From contig CAJQIG010000001.1 of the NCBI GenBank assembly GCA_905478415.1, positions 72,818 through 136,817 on the forward strand: DNA of 64,000 nucleotides, read 5' to 3'. Made by a program: the position numbers and the translations under genes. Under the pieces are notes generated by a model. The model was not told where the DNA came from and made no database searches. It saw only the letters and a program-made list of their open reading frames with translations. Shown piece by piece: positions 18,704 to 28,468 of the stretch. Within the stretch, counting starts at the first letter, position 1, and each line of letters opens with the position of its first letter. Source of the DNA: an uncultured Patescibacteria group bacterium. GTDB taxonomy: Bacteria; Patescibacteriota; Microgenomatia; UBA1400; PJMF01.

Positions 18704-20116
18704 TTACTGTAGCATGGAAGCCAAGTATTCTTCAAGATTTGACAACTTGATGCGTTCTTGTTCTGTGGTGTCTCGATCACGGACAGTCACGGTGTCATCT
18801 TCAAGGGTATCGAAGTCGATAGTAATACAAACTGGAGTTCCAATTTCATCCTGATATAGGTAGCGTTTACCAATATTTCCACGAGCATCCCAAGTGATTG
18901 AGTACTTTTTAGCTAGGCTGTCATAGACAGCTTGGGCTTTTTCTACAAGCTCTGGCTTGTTTTTTAAGAGTGGAAAGACAGCGGCTTTATACGGCGCCAG
19001 GGATGGTTTGAGTTTAAGTACTGTTCTCTTTTTTTCTGCATCTTCTGTGTAAGCATCGGTTAAGACCATCAAGAAAGCACGACCAATACCCAGAGCTGGT
19101 TCTATAACATGCGGAATAAAAGTTTCACCAGAATGGGGGTCACGGTATTCAAGCGACTGACCAGAATGTTCCATATGTTGTTTGAGGTCGTAATCAGTTC
19201 TGTAGGCTACTCCCCAGAGTTCTTTCCATCCAAAACTGAAGTTATAATCTAGATCGTAGGTGTCCTTACTGTAGAAACTGCGTTCGGCATCAGAGTGCTG
19301 GCGCCAGCGAAGGTTTTTTTCTTTTATACCAAGTGTATTTGTGACGAAGGAATGCATGGATTCTTTCCAGTTCTCAAAGAGTTTTTGCCAGTCAGCTTCT
19401 TTGGGGTTAAAGAAGTACTCAATTTCAGCTTGTTCAAACTCGAGAGTTCTAAAGACAAATTGACCGGTAGTAATTTCGTTACGGAAGCTTTTACCAATTT
19501 GGCCGACACCAAATGGCAGCTGGACTCTAGTTGAGTCTAAGATGTTGCGGAAGTTAGTAAAGATACCTTGAGCGGTTTCACCTCGCATGTAAATTCTAGC
19601 TTTGTCATCGGCGACAGTTCCGATGGCTGTTTCGAAGAGTAAGTTGAAGGCTTTGGGTTCTGAGATAGGATTGCCATCTGGACTGAGGATCTTATTCTCA
19701 GTAATGAAAGTGGCCATTTCTTTGACGGAAAGGTCCTCGACTACAAAGCTTGAAAATTCTGTGGATCCCTTTTTGATTTTTCTTTCAATCCACTCTTCAA
19801 TTAAATGGTCAGCTCTGTAGCGTTTTTTAGTCACTAAATCATCAACTAAAGGATCAGAAAAAGAACCCACATGTCCAGAAGCAATCCATGTTTTTGGATG
19901 CAGGAGAATTTGAGAATCAATTCCGACCATATCTGGGCGGGTTGAGATAAATGTAGTCCACCATTCATTACGAATGTTGCGAAGGAGTTCTGCTCCTAGA
20001 GGACCATAGTCGTACGAGTTTGCGAGTCCCCCATAGAGGTTTGAAGTTGGAAATACAAAGCCACGCCGTTTGGCCAATGCGACGATAGTTTCGAGTGATG
20101 GTTGTGTTTTTGGCAT
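18704..20116 (-). CDS. glyQS: Glycyl-tRNA synthetase, dimeric alpha2 (GlyQS) type
   Basis: The N-terminal motif FVFPTSNLYGGLANSYDYGPLG is the class II GlyRS signature. Start chosen at MPKTQPSLE (20116). Confidence 0.9.
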   Translation of the reverse strand: MPKTQPSLETIVALAKRRGFVFPTSNLYGGLANSYDYGPLGAELLRNIRNEWWTTFISTRPDMVGIDSQILLHPKTWIASGHVGSFSDPLVDDLVTKKRYRADHLIEEWIERKIKKGSTEFSSFVVEDLSVKEMATFITENKILSPDGNPISEPKAFNLLFETAIGTVADDKARIYMRGETAQGIFTNFRNILDSTRVQLPFGVGQIGKSFRNEITTGQFVFRTLEFEQAEIEYFFNPKEADWQKLFENWKESMHSFVTNTLGIKEKNLRWRQHSDAERSFYSKDTYDLDYNFSFGWKELWGVAYRTDYDLKQHMEHSGQSLEYRDPHSGETFIPHVIEPALGIGRAFLMVLTDAYTEDAEKKRTVLKLKPSLAPYKAAVFPLLKNKPELVEKAQAVYDSLAKKYSITWDARGNIGKRYLYQDEIGTPVCITIDFDTLEDDTVTVRDRDTTEQERIKLSNLEEYLASMLQ

Positions 20117-20275
20117 AGTGCCCTTCTGGTACAAAAAAACCCCAGTGTACGTTACTACTACTAGGGACCCTCTCGGGCGGTTCCACCCTGTTTCCACACC
20201 TAGAAGTGTGACTCTTTCTTACTTCGTTACTTCCTTTACTTAACAAAAAGGTCACTTGCCAAAGGTGAAACAAAG
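20117..20275 (-). promoter_or_regulatory. T-box riboswitch-like leader upstream of glyQS
   Basis: Minus-strand RNA contains AGGGUGGAACCGCC (rc 20176-20190), resembling the T-box core, followed by a terminator hairpin and U7 and then the glyQS AUG. A -10-like TATAAT (rc 20282-20287) lies upstream. GGC triplets occur in the putative Stem I region. Confidence 0.5.
20132..20166 (-). terminator. Terminator/attenuator hairpin of the glyQS leader
   Basis: CCCUAGU-loop-ACUGGGG stem (rc of 20139-20166) followed by UUUUUUU, ending about 15 nt before the glyQS start codon. Confidence 0.5.
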
Positions 20276-20283
20276 ATAGCTAA

Positions 20284-21618
20284 TTATAGCATAGCCTCAC
20301 TTCGCTTTGCATCCCAGAACGCTCCACGGCGACAGAGAAAATCATCCGCATCCTCGGGATGAGCCATAAGCATTTCAACAGTAGTTTCAAGAAATAGCGT
20401 ATTTTGTGAAGATTTAACTAAGAGGATGTCTTCTTTTTGCATGAATGTTCTAAGGTGTTCTCCGGCTTCAACAGCATCTTTAAACCACCTAACTTTCTTT
20501 TTTTGTTTTTGTAGGTAAGGGAGTGCATATTTTTTCATCTGCGGTCCTACTAAGAAGATTGCATCCAAATACTTTGCTGCAGCTTCAGCAACTTGTAGAT
20601 GTTCAGTCTCAGTCATGGTACCAATTTCTCTAATGTCACCCAGTAAGGCCAGGCTTCTCTTGGCACCAAGTTTTGGAAGCATGGCGAGCATGTCTATGGT
20701 TGGACTGGTTGAAGAATTATAACTACTATCAAGAATGAAGCTGTCATTGATTCCTGGTATCAAAGTAGAACGGCCAGGTTCTAGTGTGAAGTGTGTTTCG
20801 ATGTTTTTACAGATTTTAGAAAGTGGAATGTTTTGCTGTATTCCAACCGCTAAGGCGACGGCAAAGCTAGACGCATAGTGGGCGGCTAAGACATACTCTT
20901 TGAGGTCTAAGGTGTACCGTTCTGAGTTGATCTCAAAAGTAAAGGTTGTTCCTTTCAAACTGGGTTTGCTACTAACTATTTTTACCATGGCAACTTTTGA
21001 TGTTCCAAATGAAATAACTTGGGCCGTAATTTCTGAAACGAGTTTTCTCAGTTCTGGTTGGTCAATGTTTACTACAGCCGTGCTTTGCTCGGGTAAACGG
21101 GTGAGGATCTTTCCTTTTTCGGCAGTAATGAGCTCAATAATCTTTTGTCGTCTCTTCTCTGGGTTAGTTTCTGAAACTAAAAAATCAAAAGGTTCAGAAT
21201 GCATCGGTGCAGCATTGAGAAAAATACCCAGGTCAGGTTTCACAATAGTGAGCAGGTACTCCATATTTTTGGGAGGAAGTGGGCTATCGATCCCCATTTC
21301 AGCTATGAGGATGTCGTAGCGTTCCCAGTTAGTGAGTAGTTTCCAAAAGGTGAGTAGTGCGACTCGGAGCCAATCGGAGAGAGAAAAGTTTTTTGGTTTG
21401 ATTCCCAAGATAGAGAGTGGTAAGCTCGTTTCTGAGTTGGCGTTGAAGGTGTATTTCAGTCTCTTTTCGGGAAGGAGAGCTGCCGCAACAGCATGCTGAG
21501 CAGAAGTCTTCCCGGCACTACCTGTTATGCCAATACAGAATGGGCGATTTTTAAGGAGTTGTACTTTGGCGGCAACTCTAATGTAGTTCAAAAAAAATGT
21601 GGTAATGAGTTTTTTCAT
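20284..21618 (-). CDS. murF: Mur ligase family protein, MurF-like, with a short N-terminus
   Basis: 444 aa. The P-loop IGITGSAGKTS lies about 30 aa from the N-terminus, and NANSETSLPLSILGI resembles the MurF N(Y)NNEIGVPLT motif. Confidence 0.65.
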   Translation of the reverse strand: MKKLITTFFLNYIRVAAKVQLLKNRPFCIGITGSAGKTSAQHAVAAALLPEKRLKYTFNANSETSLPLSILGIKPKNFSLSDWLRVALLTFWKLLTNWERYDILIAEMGIDSPLPPKNMEYLLTIVKPDLGIFLNAAPMHSEPFDFLVSETNPEKRRQKIIELITAEKGKILTRLPEQSTAVVNIDQPELRKLVSEITAQVISFGTSKVAMVKIVSSKPSLKGTTFTFEINSERYTLDLKEYVLAAHYASSFAVALAVGIQQNIPLSKICKNIETHFTLEPGRSTLIPGINDSFILDSSYNSSTSPTIDMLAMLPKLGAKRSLALLGDIREIGTMTETEHLQVAEAAAKYLDAIFLVGPQMKKYALPYLQKQKKKVRWFKDAVEAGEHLRTFMQKEDILLVKSSQNTLFLETTVEMLMAHPEDADDFLCRRGAFWDAKRSEAML

Positions 21619-21624
21619 AGAGTA

Positions 21625-22176
21625 TTATTCTACTTTTAAGAAATCATAACTTTTAAGTGGTTTACCGATCAATGACTGAATGTATTCGGTGATAGTTTCG
21701 TAGGGAGAAAGTGACGGATCTTGAAAACCAAGGGCTGTAATGAGTTTGGAAAGCTGTTGTCGAATCAGTTTCGAAGAAACTTGGTTGTACACTATTTGAT
21801 TTCTGAGTTTGAGAGCTTGCATAAAGACTTCAGAATCAATCTCTTCTTCTACGAAGAGGGCATCTATAATTTCCAGTATCTGAGACAAGGCTCTGAATGC
21901 CGCGAGGTTGCCGTGCATTTTGCTAGTATCGTCAATTAATTTTGTTTGAGTTAGGATAGGTAGCGATTTAGTTACAATACAGTGCACAGTCAGGAGTGAT
22001 CCTGGTTCTAGGTAAGCACGATTTGAGGAAGTTACTTTTCTCACACCTTTAGCAACACAGCTAAACTTTCCTTTTTCTTGTGAAAGGAGGGAAACAATTC
22101 GATCAGTTTCTCCAACATTAGTTCTACGAATGACCAAAGCTTTGAGGGTAAAACTTCTCTCTTTCATAAATACCAC
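21625..22176 (-). CDS. recO: RecO-like DNA repair protein (short form)
   Basis: 183 aa. The N-terminal OB-fold resembles RecO (LKALVIRRTNVGETDRIVSLLSQEKGKFSCVAKGVRK against E. coli [34 protein letters not shown]), and the C-terminus GKPLKSYDFLK matches RecO GGKPLKSRELF. Confidence 0.55.
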   Translation of the reverse strand: MVFMKERSFTLKALVIRRTNVGETDRIVSLLSQEKGKFSCVAKGVRKVTSSNRAYLEPGSLLTVHCIVTKSLPILTQTKLIDDTSKMHGNLAAFRALSQILEIIDALFVEEEIDSEVFMQALKLRNQIVYNQVSSKLIRQQLSKLITALGFQDPSLSPYETITEYIQSLIGKPLKSYDFLKVE

Positions 22177-22200
22177 AATTCCGCAGTGTCAGGCAGGTTA

Positions 22201-24288
22201 TTAGAACTCAGTCGTATAGGTTGTGTCTGCAGCTACAGTGATGGCCTCTTGCCCTCCAGTGACATCAAAGATGACATCAAAGGTTTCAAGTCCACCCTGT
22301 TTCCAGACGGTACCGATATAGTTAGTTTCATTAGCATAGGGCACTGTGTAAGTAACTGTTAATTTGGCAGTACCGAGTGGTTCAAGTATAAAGAAACCAT
22401 CGATGACGGTGAAACCATTTTCATCGTAGGTGCGGGCTTCTTCAGTAAATCCCTGAGCAGAGATGAGTTCGGATCCTTTTGGAACATAGATACGGGTCCA
22501 GTCACGAAGGGTTGAGTTTAGACAGAGTAATCCAGCTTCTAAGTTGCAGTTATCACCTGCTTCTGGGTTCTTGTAGGTAATCTCTACTGTTTTTTCTATT
22601 TGACCGTTTTCAGGGGCCAAAACTGTCTGTGTTACATCATAGGTAACGAATAGGTTTGACTTTGCGCCACCTAAGTTAGCGTTCACAATTCCGATGAAAT
22701 CCTCACCGTCTTTTGGAGGAGTCATTCTGCCTGCAGCATGTGCTAGTTCGGCTGCTGATTGATGGTCTTCATCAATGAAGTAAAACTGGACGTTGCGATT
22801 AGCAATAGATTCAAATCCTTTTCCAAAGAGCGCTGGCCACTGATCTTTTGGTGCCGCATAAGCCTTAGAGAGCAGTGAACGCATCAGTGGACCTAAAATG
22901 CCTTTACGATCTTCACGAAGGTACGGAGTTGGTCGAGTGATGATCTCAGAAAGGATATAGATAATTTCTGGGCAGTTACATCGGGGATCAGTTTCTGCCG
23001 AAAAGGTCCCGTATCCAGGAACTTCAACAGGACCAAGGACGTTGATCAGGCTGGTCAAAAAATGAGTATCTACCGCAATGATGCCATCTATATCACTTGG
23101 CTCACCGGGAATTTCTTGGTAGTTCTCGTAGAACTTATCCATAGAAACTTTGAAGTCAGGTGAGATGTTCATGTCACGAAGATTCCAGTACTTTTCGGTA
23201 GTCAAGTATCGACCGAGCTCTGGTGGGATTGCTTCCTTTTTCTTAAATCGCTGATCCAGTTCATAAATGTCATCTGATTTTTGAGCTTCAACTTTACCAT
23301 TGGTAATGTTAATGATGGCATAAGCTGTTAAAAAGCCTCCAGTTGGGCGAAGCTCATTATCATTTTGGAATAATACCAGGTATTTTTTTGTTTCGTCATT
23401 GGCTCCAGCTACAGATGGGAGTTGCTCGAGCACTGGCCTAAATTCTGTCAATGAGAGACTAGCTCCAGCAACTAACTCTTGAGCTTGCACAATGTTTTCT
23501 CTTACGAGAGTATCTCCAACTTTTTCAGGATAGTGTTCTGGATCAATTTGTGATAATTCTTGTTCAACTGCTTGAAGATCACTTGAAATAGCATCAAGAT
23601 CAGGTGAGATTTTTTCGAGTGTCTCCAGGATTACTTTGACACGGTCTTCAGTAGTACCACCTTGGAACGGTTGATCCCCTGAAAATCCGAGCACATCTGC
23701 ATAGGGACTTATGGCTGCAAGTGTTTTTGAACCTGCAGATAACCCTGCATCTGCAGCAGCTAAACCATGGAGACCATCCTGATAGTAGCGATTTGCAAAT
23801 GGTACTGAGTTAAAAATTGATAGTTTGGCGTAGGTTGCACGAATAGTAGCAAGTTGTGTAGTCAGTTCTGCAACTTTTTCTTGAGTAGCTGGTAAATTTT
23901 GTCCTTTGAAAAGAGTGTAAGCTTCTTGGCCAATCACTAGAGAGGTAGCTGCCTGAGCTTTCATTTCATTTGCCACCTGATACGCATAGAATGCGAGTGT
24001 GACGAGGACGGTGACTACAAGCAGGATAAGAGCGGCAATGCCACCCCAGATTTTTTGTTTTTTTGTGAGCATACTTTTAGACATGGTTGGTTGTACAGTG
24101 TCATCTGTATTTTCAGCTTCAAGTTCCTTGCCATCAACCATAACTGCCGAACCTGAGTTTGCACTGAGATCATCTTTTTTTGGTATTTTCATAAATTGTC
24201 CAGTCACTGGCTCAGCAGTTTCAGGGAAATCTGGTGAGTTTGGATCGACAAAATCAGAGTCTTGGACAGAAGGCTGGTTTTTGGACAT
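22201..24288 (-). CDS. Bitopic membrane protein with a large extracytoplasmic domain (possibly DUF4012-like)
   Basis: 695 aa: roughly 75 cytoplasmic residues, one transmembrane helix, then about 600 extracytoplasmic residues. The motif YLVLFQNDNELRPTGGFLTAYAI recalls the NNAExRxTGG core of DUF4012 proteins (recalled from memory, not searched). Confidence 0.45.
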   Translation of the reverse strand: MSKNQPSVQDSDFVDPNSPDFPETAEPVTGQFMKIPKKDDLSANSGSAVMVDGKELEAENTDDTVQPTMSKSMLTKKQKIWGGIAALILLVVTVLVTLAFYAYQVANEMKAQAATSLVIGQEAYTLFKGQNLPATQEKVAELTTQLATIRATYAKLSIFNSVPFANRYYQDGLHGLAAADAGLSAGSKTLAAISPYADVLGFSGDQPFQGGTTEDRVKVILETLEKISPDLDAISSDLQAVEQELSQIDPEHYPEKVGDTLVRENIVQAQELVAGASLSLTEFRPVLEQLPSVAGANDETKKYLVLFQNDNELRPTGGFLTAYAIINITNGKVEAQKSDDIYELDQRFKKKEAIPPELGRYLTTEKYWNLRDMNISPDFKVSMDKFYENYQEIPGEPSDIDGIIAVDTHFLTSLINVLGPVEVPGYGTFSAETDPRCNCPEIIYILSEIITRPTPYLREDRKGILGPLMRSLLSKAYAAPKDQWPALFGKGFESIANRNVQFYFIDEDHQSAAELAHAAGRMTPPKDGEDFIGIVNANLGGAKSNLFVTYDVTQTVLAPENGQIEKTVEITYKNPEAGDNCNLEAGLLCLNSTLRDWTRIYVPKGSELISAQGFTEEARTYDENGFTVIDGFFILEPLGTAKLTVTYTVPYANETNYIGTVWKQGGLETFDVIFDVTGGQEAITVAADTTYTTEF

Positions 24289-24316
24289 AGAATAAGTATA
24301 CCAAATTACTTAGAGA

Positions 24317-24958
24317 TTACCATTTAGAGATCATAGCCTGTGGAGTTTTAAAAAGAATTTGAATATCTTCAACTATCGATTTTCTCTCGGCATATTGAGC
24401 ATCCATCTGGGCTCTAACCTTAAATGGAACTTCATTGCGACCACTTGTTTGCCAAGGACCAGTAATTCCTGGTTTGACGGTGAGAATCTTTTGTTTATAC
24501 ACTTTGGTTGAAGGATATTTTTTAGTTTGTTCTTCTAGTTCTTTTCTGACATATGCTCGGGGTCCAACCATGCTCATCTCGCCGATGAGAACATTGAGTA
24601 ACTGTGGAAATTCATCGATAGTTAATGAACGGAGTACTTTACCAAGTTTGGTAATTCGCGGATCATTCTCAATTTTCCAGTCCCCTTCTTTAAAACGTTT
24701 CAGTAATTCCTTATCATGTTTATGTAAGAGTTCGTCTGCGTTTGGGACCATGGACCTAAACTTATAGAGATAGAAGTCTTTGCCGTTGAGACCAACTCGT
24801 TTATGTTTGAAAAAAATTGGAAATCCAGAATCAAGATAAATGAGTAGTGGAACTAAGATCCAGACGGGGAAAAAAAGAAGGATAAGACCAAAGGCCACGA
24901 CAACATCAAGAATACGTTTTTGTTGAAAATAATTCATAGTTAGTAGCTTACTATACAA
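24317..24958 (-). CDS. Polyprenyl-phosphate sugar-phosphate transferase (Bac_transf, WbaP/PglC C-terminal-domain type)
   Basis: 213 aa with one N-terminal transmembrane helix. FFKHKRVGLNGKDFYLYKFRSM matches the bacterial sugar transferase signature. Confidence 0.8.
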   Translation of the reverse strand: MYSKLLTMNYFQQKRILDVVVAFGLILLFFPVWILVPLLIYLDSGFPIFFKHKRVGLNGKDFYLYKFRSMVPNADELLHKHDKELLKRFKEGDWKIENDPRITKLGKVLRSLTIDEFPQLLNVLIGEMSMVGPRAYVRKELEEQTKKYPSTKVYKQKILTVKPGITGPWQTSGRNEVPFKVRAQMDAQYAERKSIVEDIQILFKTPQAMISKW

Positions 24959-25008
24959 ATAAACAAGAGTGCAATTCTAACACTATTGGAGTAGCCTGTC
25001 TGATCTAA

Positions 25009-26112
25009 TTAGAGGTACTCTGATTTTTTTTCTTCTTTGAGTCGCTCAACAATTTTCTTAACTTCTTGACTACGACTCTTCGGAATTACCATTAAAATTT
25101 CTTCTGTATCGATGATGACCATGTCGTCAATGCCGACCAGTGCAACTAAGCGTCCATTTGAATGTATCAAGTTATTATGTGATGAAATAGCCAACGTATG
25201 GTTCTCGTTGTGATCAGAGACAATTACATTGCCAGAAAGATCTTTTTTCTCAAGTTCATAGACAACTTTCCAGTCTCCAACATCATCCCATCCAAAATCA
25301 CCAGGAATTAAAACCAAGTTTTCAGCGCGTTCACTAATGGCATAGTCAACTGAGATGGCTTCAGATTTTTCGTAGAGACTAGGCAGTGCTTTGTGAAAGG
25401 CGCTTGATTCGAGTGAAGAGAGCAACTGCGTGTCTGTATACATCTTTGGCATATGTGATTTAAAAGCGTTTACTAAACTGTTGGCAGACCAGACGTACAT
25501 ATTGGCATTCCAAAAATATCGACCGGTGGCAATAAAGCCTCGGGCAGTTGATTCGTTTGGTTTTTCGGTAAAACTATCAACCTTAAAAAGGGAAAGCCCT
25601 TTACCTACTTTTTCTAGATCGTCCCCAATTTTGATATACCCAAAGCCTGTTGCTGGCCGGGTTGGAGAAATCCCGATGGTGACTAGTGAATCTTGTGAGT
25701 AGGCAACTTTTGAGGCTGCTTTCATAACCCGCAAGAACTCTGCTTTATCAGTGACAATATGGTCTGATGCTAAGTTAATAACCACAGCATTAGGATCCTT
25801 CGATTGAGCATAGAGTGCGCCGACTAACATGGCTAGTGCAGTATCTCGTTTTTGTGGTTCAGCAATGATATTTTGGACAGGTACCTCTGGCAAAAGGGTG
25901 TGTACTTCTTCTTTGTAGAGCTCATTAGTGACCACAATGACTCTATCCCAGGGAATCAGAGAGCTGACTCGATCAGCAGCAATCTCAATCATAGTTTTAT
26001 CACCGATTAATTTAAGAAATTGTTTGGGAGTTTTCTTTCTCGATTTTGGCCAAAGTCGAGTTCCACCACCTCCTGCTAGGATGACTGCATACGTGTGGTC
26101 TAGATGTGACAT
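25009..26112 (-). CDS. manC: Mannose-1-phosphate guanylyltransferase
   Basis: 367 aa. The N-terminus AVILAGGGGTRLWPKSRKKTPKQF is the ManC/GMP nucleotidyltransferase signature. Confidence 0.75.
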   Translation of the reverse strand: MSHLDHTYAVILAGGGGTRLWPKSRKKTPKQFLKLIGDKTMIEIAADRVSSLIPWDRVIVVTNELYKEEVHTLLPEVPVQNIIAEPQKRDTALAMLVGALYAQSKDPNAVVINLASDHIVTDKAEFLRVMKAASKVAYSQDSLVTIGISPTRPATGFGYIKIGDDLEKVGKGLSLFKVDSFTEKPNESTARGFIATGRYFWNANMYVWSANSLVNAFKSHMPKMYTDTQLLSSLESSAFHKALPSLYEKSEAISVDYAISERAENLVLIPGDFGWDDVGDWKVVYELEKKDLSGNVIVSDHNENHTLAISSHNNLIHSNGRLVALVGIDDMVIIDTEEILMVIPKSRSQEVKKIVERLKEEKKSEYL

Positions 26113-26140
26113 AGTGTCCTTTCACTCGAGTATGTTATGT

Positions 26141-27352
26141 TTATTTTTTCTCAGATTTTGATAGTATGATACTATCATACATATATTTCTGGAATTTACT
26201 AGTGAACACTCTAGTACTACAGGTTTTAGCCTGTGTTTGTAAAGTAGTAAATGCAAAAGTGTGGTGAGGCAGGTCCTCAATTGCAGCTTGCAAGACTGCA
26301 ATACTCTCGCGTGAAATATGGAGCGCATGTTTCTTATGTGCTAAAACTTCACTAACGCCACTTTCTTTGTGCAGGATACTTGGTGTTCCAAGAGAAGCAG
26401 CTTCCAAAGCGGTAATGCCAAAATCTTCGAGTCCTGGCATCAGCAGTGCTTGAGCTCCTGCTAAGAGTTTTAGTCTTTCCTGATTAGTAACGTGACCGAC
26501 AAAGAGAATACGACATTCTCTTGACACATTTGATAGATGGTTTTGGAGCCATTGAATCAGTGGTTCTTTCTTCCTAATGAAGGCATGTGTTCCGGCGCTA
26601 TCAATAAGTCTTTTTTCTTCCTCCCCTTTGCCTGAAATGATTAGATTTGAGTGTGTGGCTATAGCTGCTTGAATTGAGAGATCAATCCTTTTATAAGCAA
26701 CAAGTCTTGAAAGCGAAAGTAGGTACGGAGCTGGCGGTGTGAATGGTTGTACGGTCGGGGGAATATCAGTCACAGGTGGATAGATCAAGTCAGCTGTTCT
26801 GTTATATGTTTGGTTAATGCGTGACTGTATTTTTTTTGAGATTGCAATTACTCTGTCTGGTCGTGCAGCTGCAGCTTGATCCCACCACTGAAGGTATGCG
26901 AACAACTTTTGTACAAAATAGGATATAAATGGAAGTTTGAGCAGTGGTAGAGAGTTGAGATATGTTTCTTTATGTGAGTAGAGATACCTTGGTGGGGTAA
27001 GTATGTATGAAATGTGGACTTGATTAGGTTTTGTGAGGATGCCTTTTGCCTCTCCACTGGTAATTGAGATGATGACGTCGTACTCAGAAAAATCAAGCGA
27101 TTCAAATGCAAGCGGAAAGAGCCAGACAAGGAAACGATGATTTTTGTATGGTGAGCGCTGAAGAAAGCTAGTAAAGACAGTGAAGACCTTAGTCCACGGT
27201 GTTTTCTTTTGCAGATGAAGCGTGGTGTAGAGTGGTGCATTTGGAAAGGCCTCGTGTAAGGCGAGTAACACCCACTCTGCTCCTCCATAGGTGGTGGTAA
27301 GCTTGTCGTACACTAAGGCAATTGCTGGTTTTTTTTGACTACTTTTTTTCAT
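26141..27352 (-). CDS. Glycosyltransferase family 4
   Basis: C-terminal GT4 (Glycos_transf_1) fold. Start chosen at internal MKKSSQKKPAIALVY (27352), giving a 14-nt overlap with the upstream GT4. Confidence 0.7.
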   Translation of the reverse strand: MKKSSQKKPAIALVYDKLTTTYGGAEWVLLALHEAFPNAPLYTTLHLQKKTPWTKVFTVFTSFLQRSPYKNHRFLVWLFPLAFESLDFSEYDVIISITSGEAKGILTKPNQVHISYILTPPRYLYSHKETYLNSLPLLKLPFISYFVQKLFAYLQWWDQAAAARPDRVIAISKKIQSRINQTYNRTADLIYPPVTDIPPTVQPFTPPAPYLLSLSRLVAYKRIDLSIQAAIATHSNLIISGKGEEEKRLIDSAGTHAFIRKKEPLIQWLQNHLSNVSRECRILFVGHVTNQERLKLLAGAQALLMPGLEDFGITALEAASLGTPSILHKESGVSEVLAHKKHALHISRESIAVLQAAIEDLPHHTFAFTTLQTQAKTCSTRVFTSKFQKYMYDSIILSKSEKK

Positions 27353-28448
27353 GGATAGTTTGATAGACAGCTGCAGTTTTTTTTGCCATTTTTTTCCATG
27401 AATATTCGGCAGCAACTGTTTGTGCATGTTTGGTTAGGTGATGGAGTGATTTTTTCGAAAGCATTTGATATGCATTTAAGAAACTTTCAACAGAGTGTGG
27501 GTTGAAAAAGATGGCTGCATCCTGATAGATTTCATGAAAAATAGGAATGTCTGAGGCCAAAACTGGAGTGCCAAGTTTCATTGCTTCGAGTCCGGTCAGA
27601 CCAAACCCCTCTGAAAGTGAAGGTTGCACTAATGCAGTTGATTCTACATAGAGTTTGGTTAAGTCTGCATCATTGACATATCCTAAAAATGAAACGCGAT
27701 GTTGCAGTTTTCTCTGACGAACATACTCTTCAACTTTTTTAAGAAAAACATTACGGGCGCCAACAATAATTAAGGTTGTTTGGGGAAGCTTTCTGAGTCC
27801 ATCAATGACGAGTTGAATGTTTTTGTGTGGGTAGAGAGATCCCACATACAGCAATTGGTTTTTTTTACGGACATTCTTAGTTTTTGTAGTTTTTGGTTTT
27901 GTGAGGTTTGTACCTTCTTTTGTAATTACAAGTTTAGAGGCTGCCTGAGGGTAGTATTTAGTCACTGTTTTAGCGACTGTTTGAGATGGTACTAAAATCG
28001 ATTTGGCAGTGTGTACTGCAAAGCCAGTCACAATATGATAGAAAAAATATTTTATCCAATACTGTACTGGATTGAGTGTGGTTACCGTGCCACCTCTTTT
28101 TTCGTGCCAAAGCAAGTCATGGATAGTGACAACTGTAGGTTTTGTATAGAGCAAAGCAACATTAAAATGTGGAACATGAAGTAGATCGAGGTTTTCTTTG
28201 TAATAATACCAAGGTAAGACAAGTTGCTCTTTGAGTGAGTAGTGTTTAATTGGGGTGATAACTACTTTGATATTTGGAAATGATTGTTTCTTCCCAAGAA
28301 CTTCGGAAGCTTGGTCTAAAGATGTGAAGAATAATACGAAGGTATCTTCTTTAGAAAGAGGTAGGATTTCGAGCACCAGGTTCTCAGTGTAGCGGCCAAG
28401 ACCTGCATGTTTTTTTCCGGAGAGTCGACAGTCGATTCCAATTTTCAT
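27339..28448 (-). CDS. Glycosyltransferase family 4
   Basis: 369 aa with a GT4-type N-terminus (MKIGIDCRLSGKKHAGLGRY) and the C-terminal EGFGLTGLEAM motif. Confidence 0.75.
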   Translation of the reverse strand: MKIGIDCRLSGKKHAGLGRYTENLVLEILPLSKEDTFVLFFTSLDQASEVLGKKQSFPNIKVVITPIKHYSLKEQLVLPWYYYKENLDLLHVPHFNVALLYTKPTVVTIHDLLWHEKRGGTVTTLNPVQYWIKYFFYHIVTGFAVHTAKSILVPSQTVAKTVTKYYPQAASKLVITKEGTNLTKPKTTKTKNVRKKNQLLYVGSLYPHKNIQLVIDGLRKLPQTTLIIVGARNVFLKKVEEYVRQRKLQHRVSFLGYVNDADLTKLYVESTALVQPSLSEGFGLTGLEAMKLGTPVLASDIPIFHEIYQDAAIFFNPHSVESFLNAYQMLSKKSLHHLTKHAQTVAAEYSWKKMAKKTAAVYQTIHEKK

Positions 28449-28468
28449 CTGGTGTTCAGTCTAGTTTT

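Noticed and set aside
20900-21319. 139-aa plus-strand ORF
   Set aside because: It is antisense inside the murF-like gene and has no motifs.
26848-27288. 146-aa minus-strand ORF nested in another frame of the GT4 gene
   Set aside because: It overlaps a GT4 gene whose translation is GT4-like across the same span, and its Ser/Leu/His-rich translation looks like an alternative-frame artefact.
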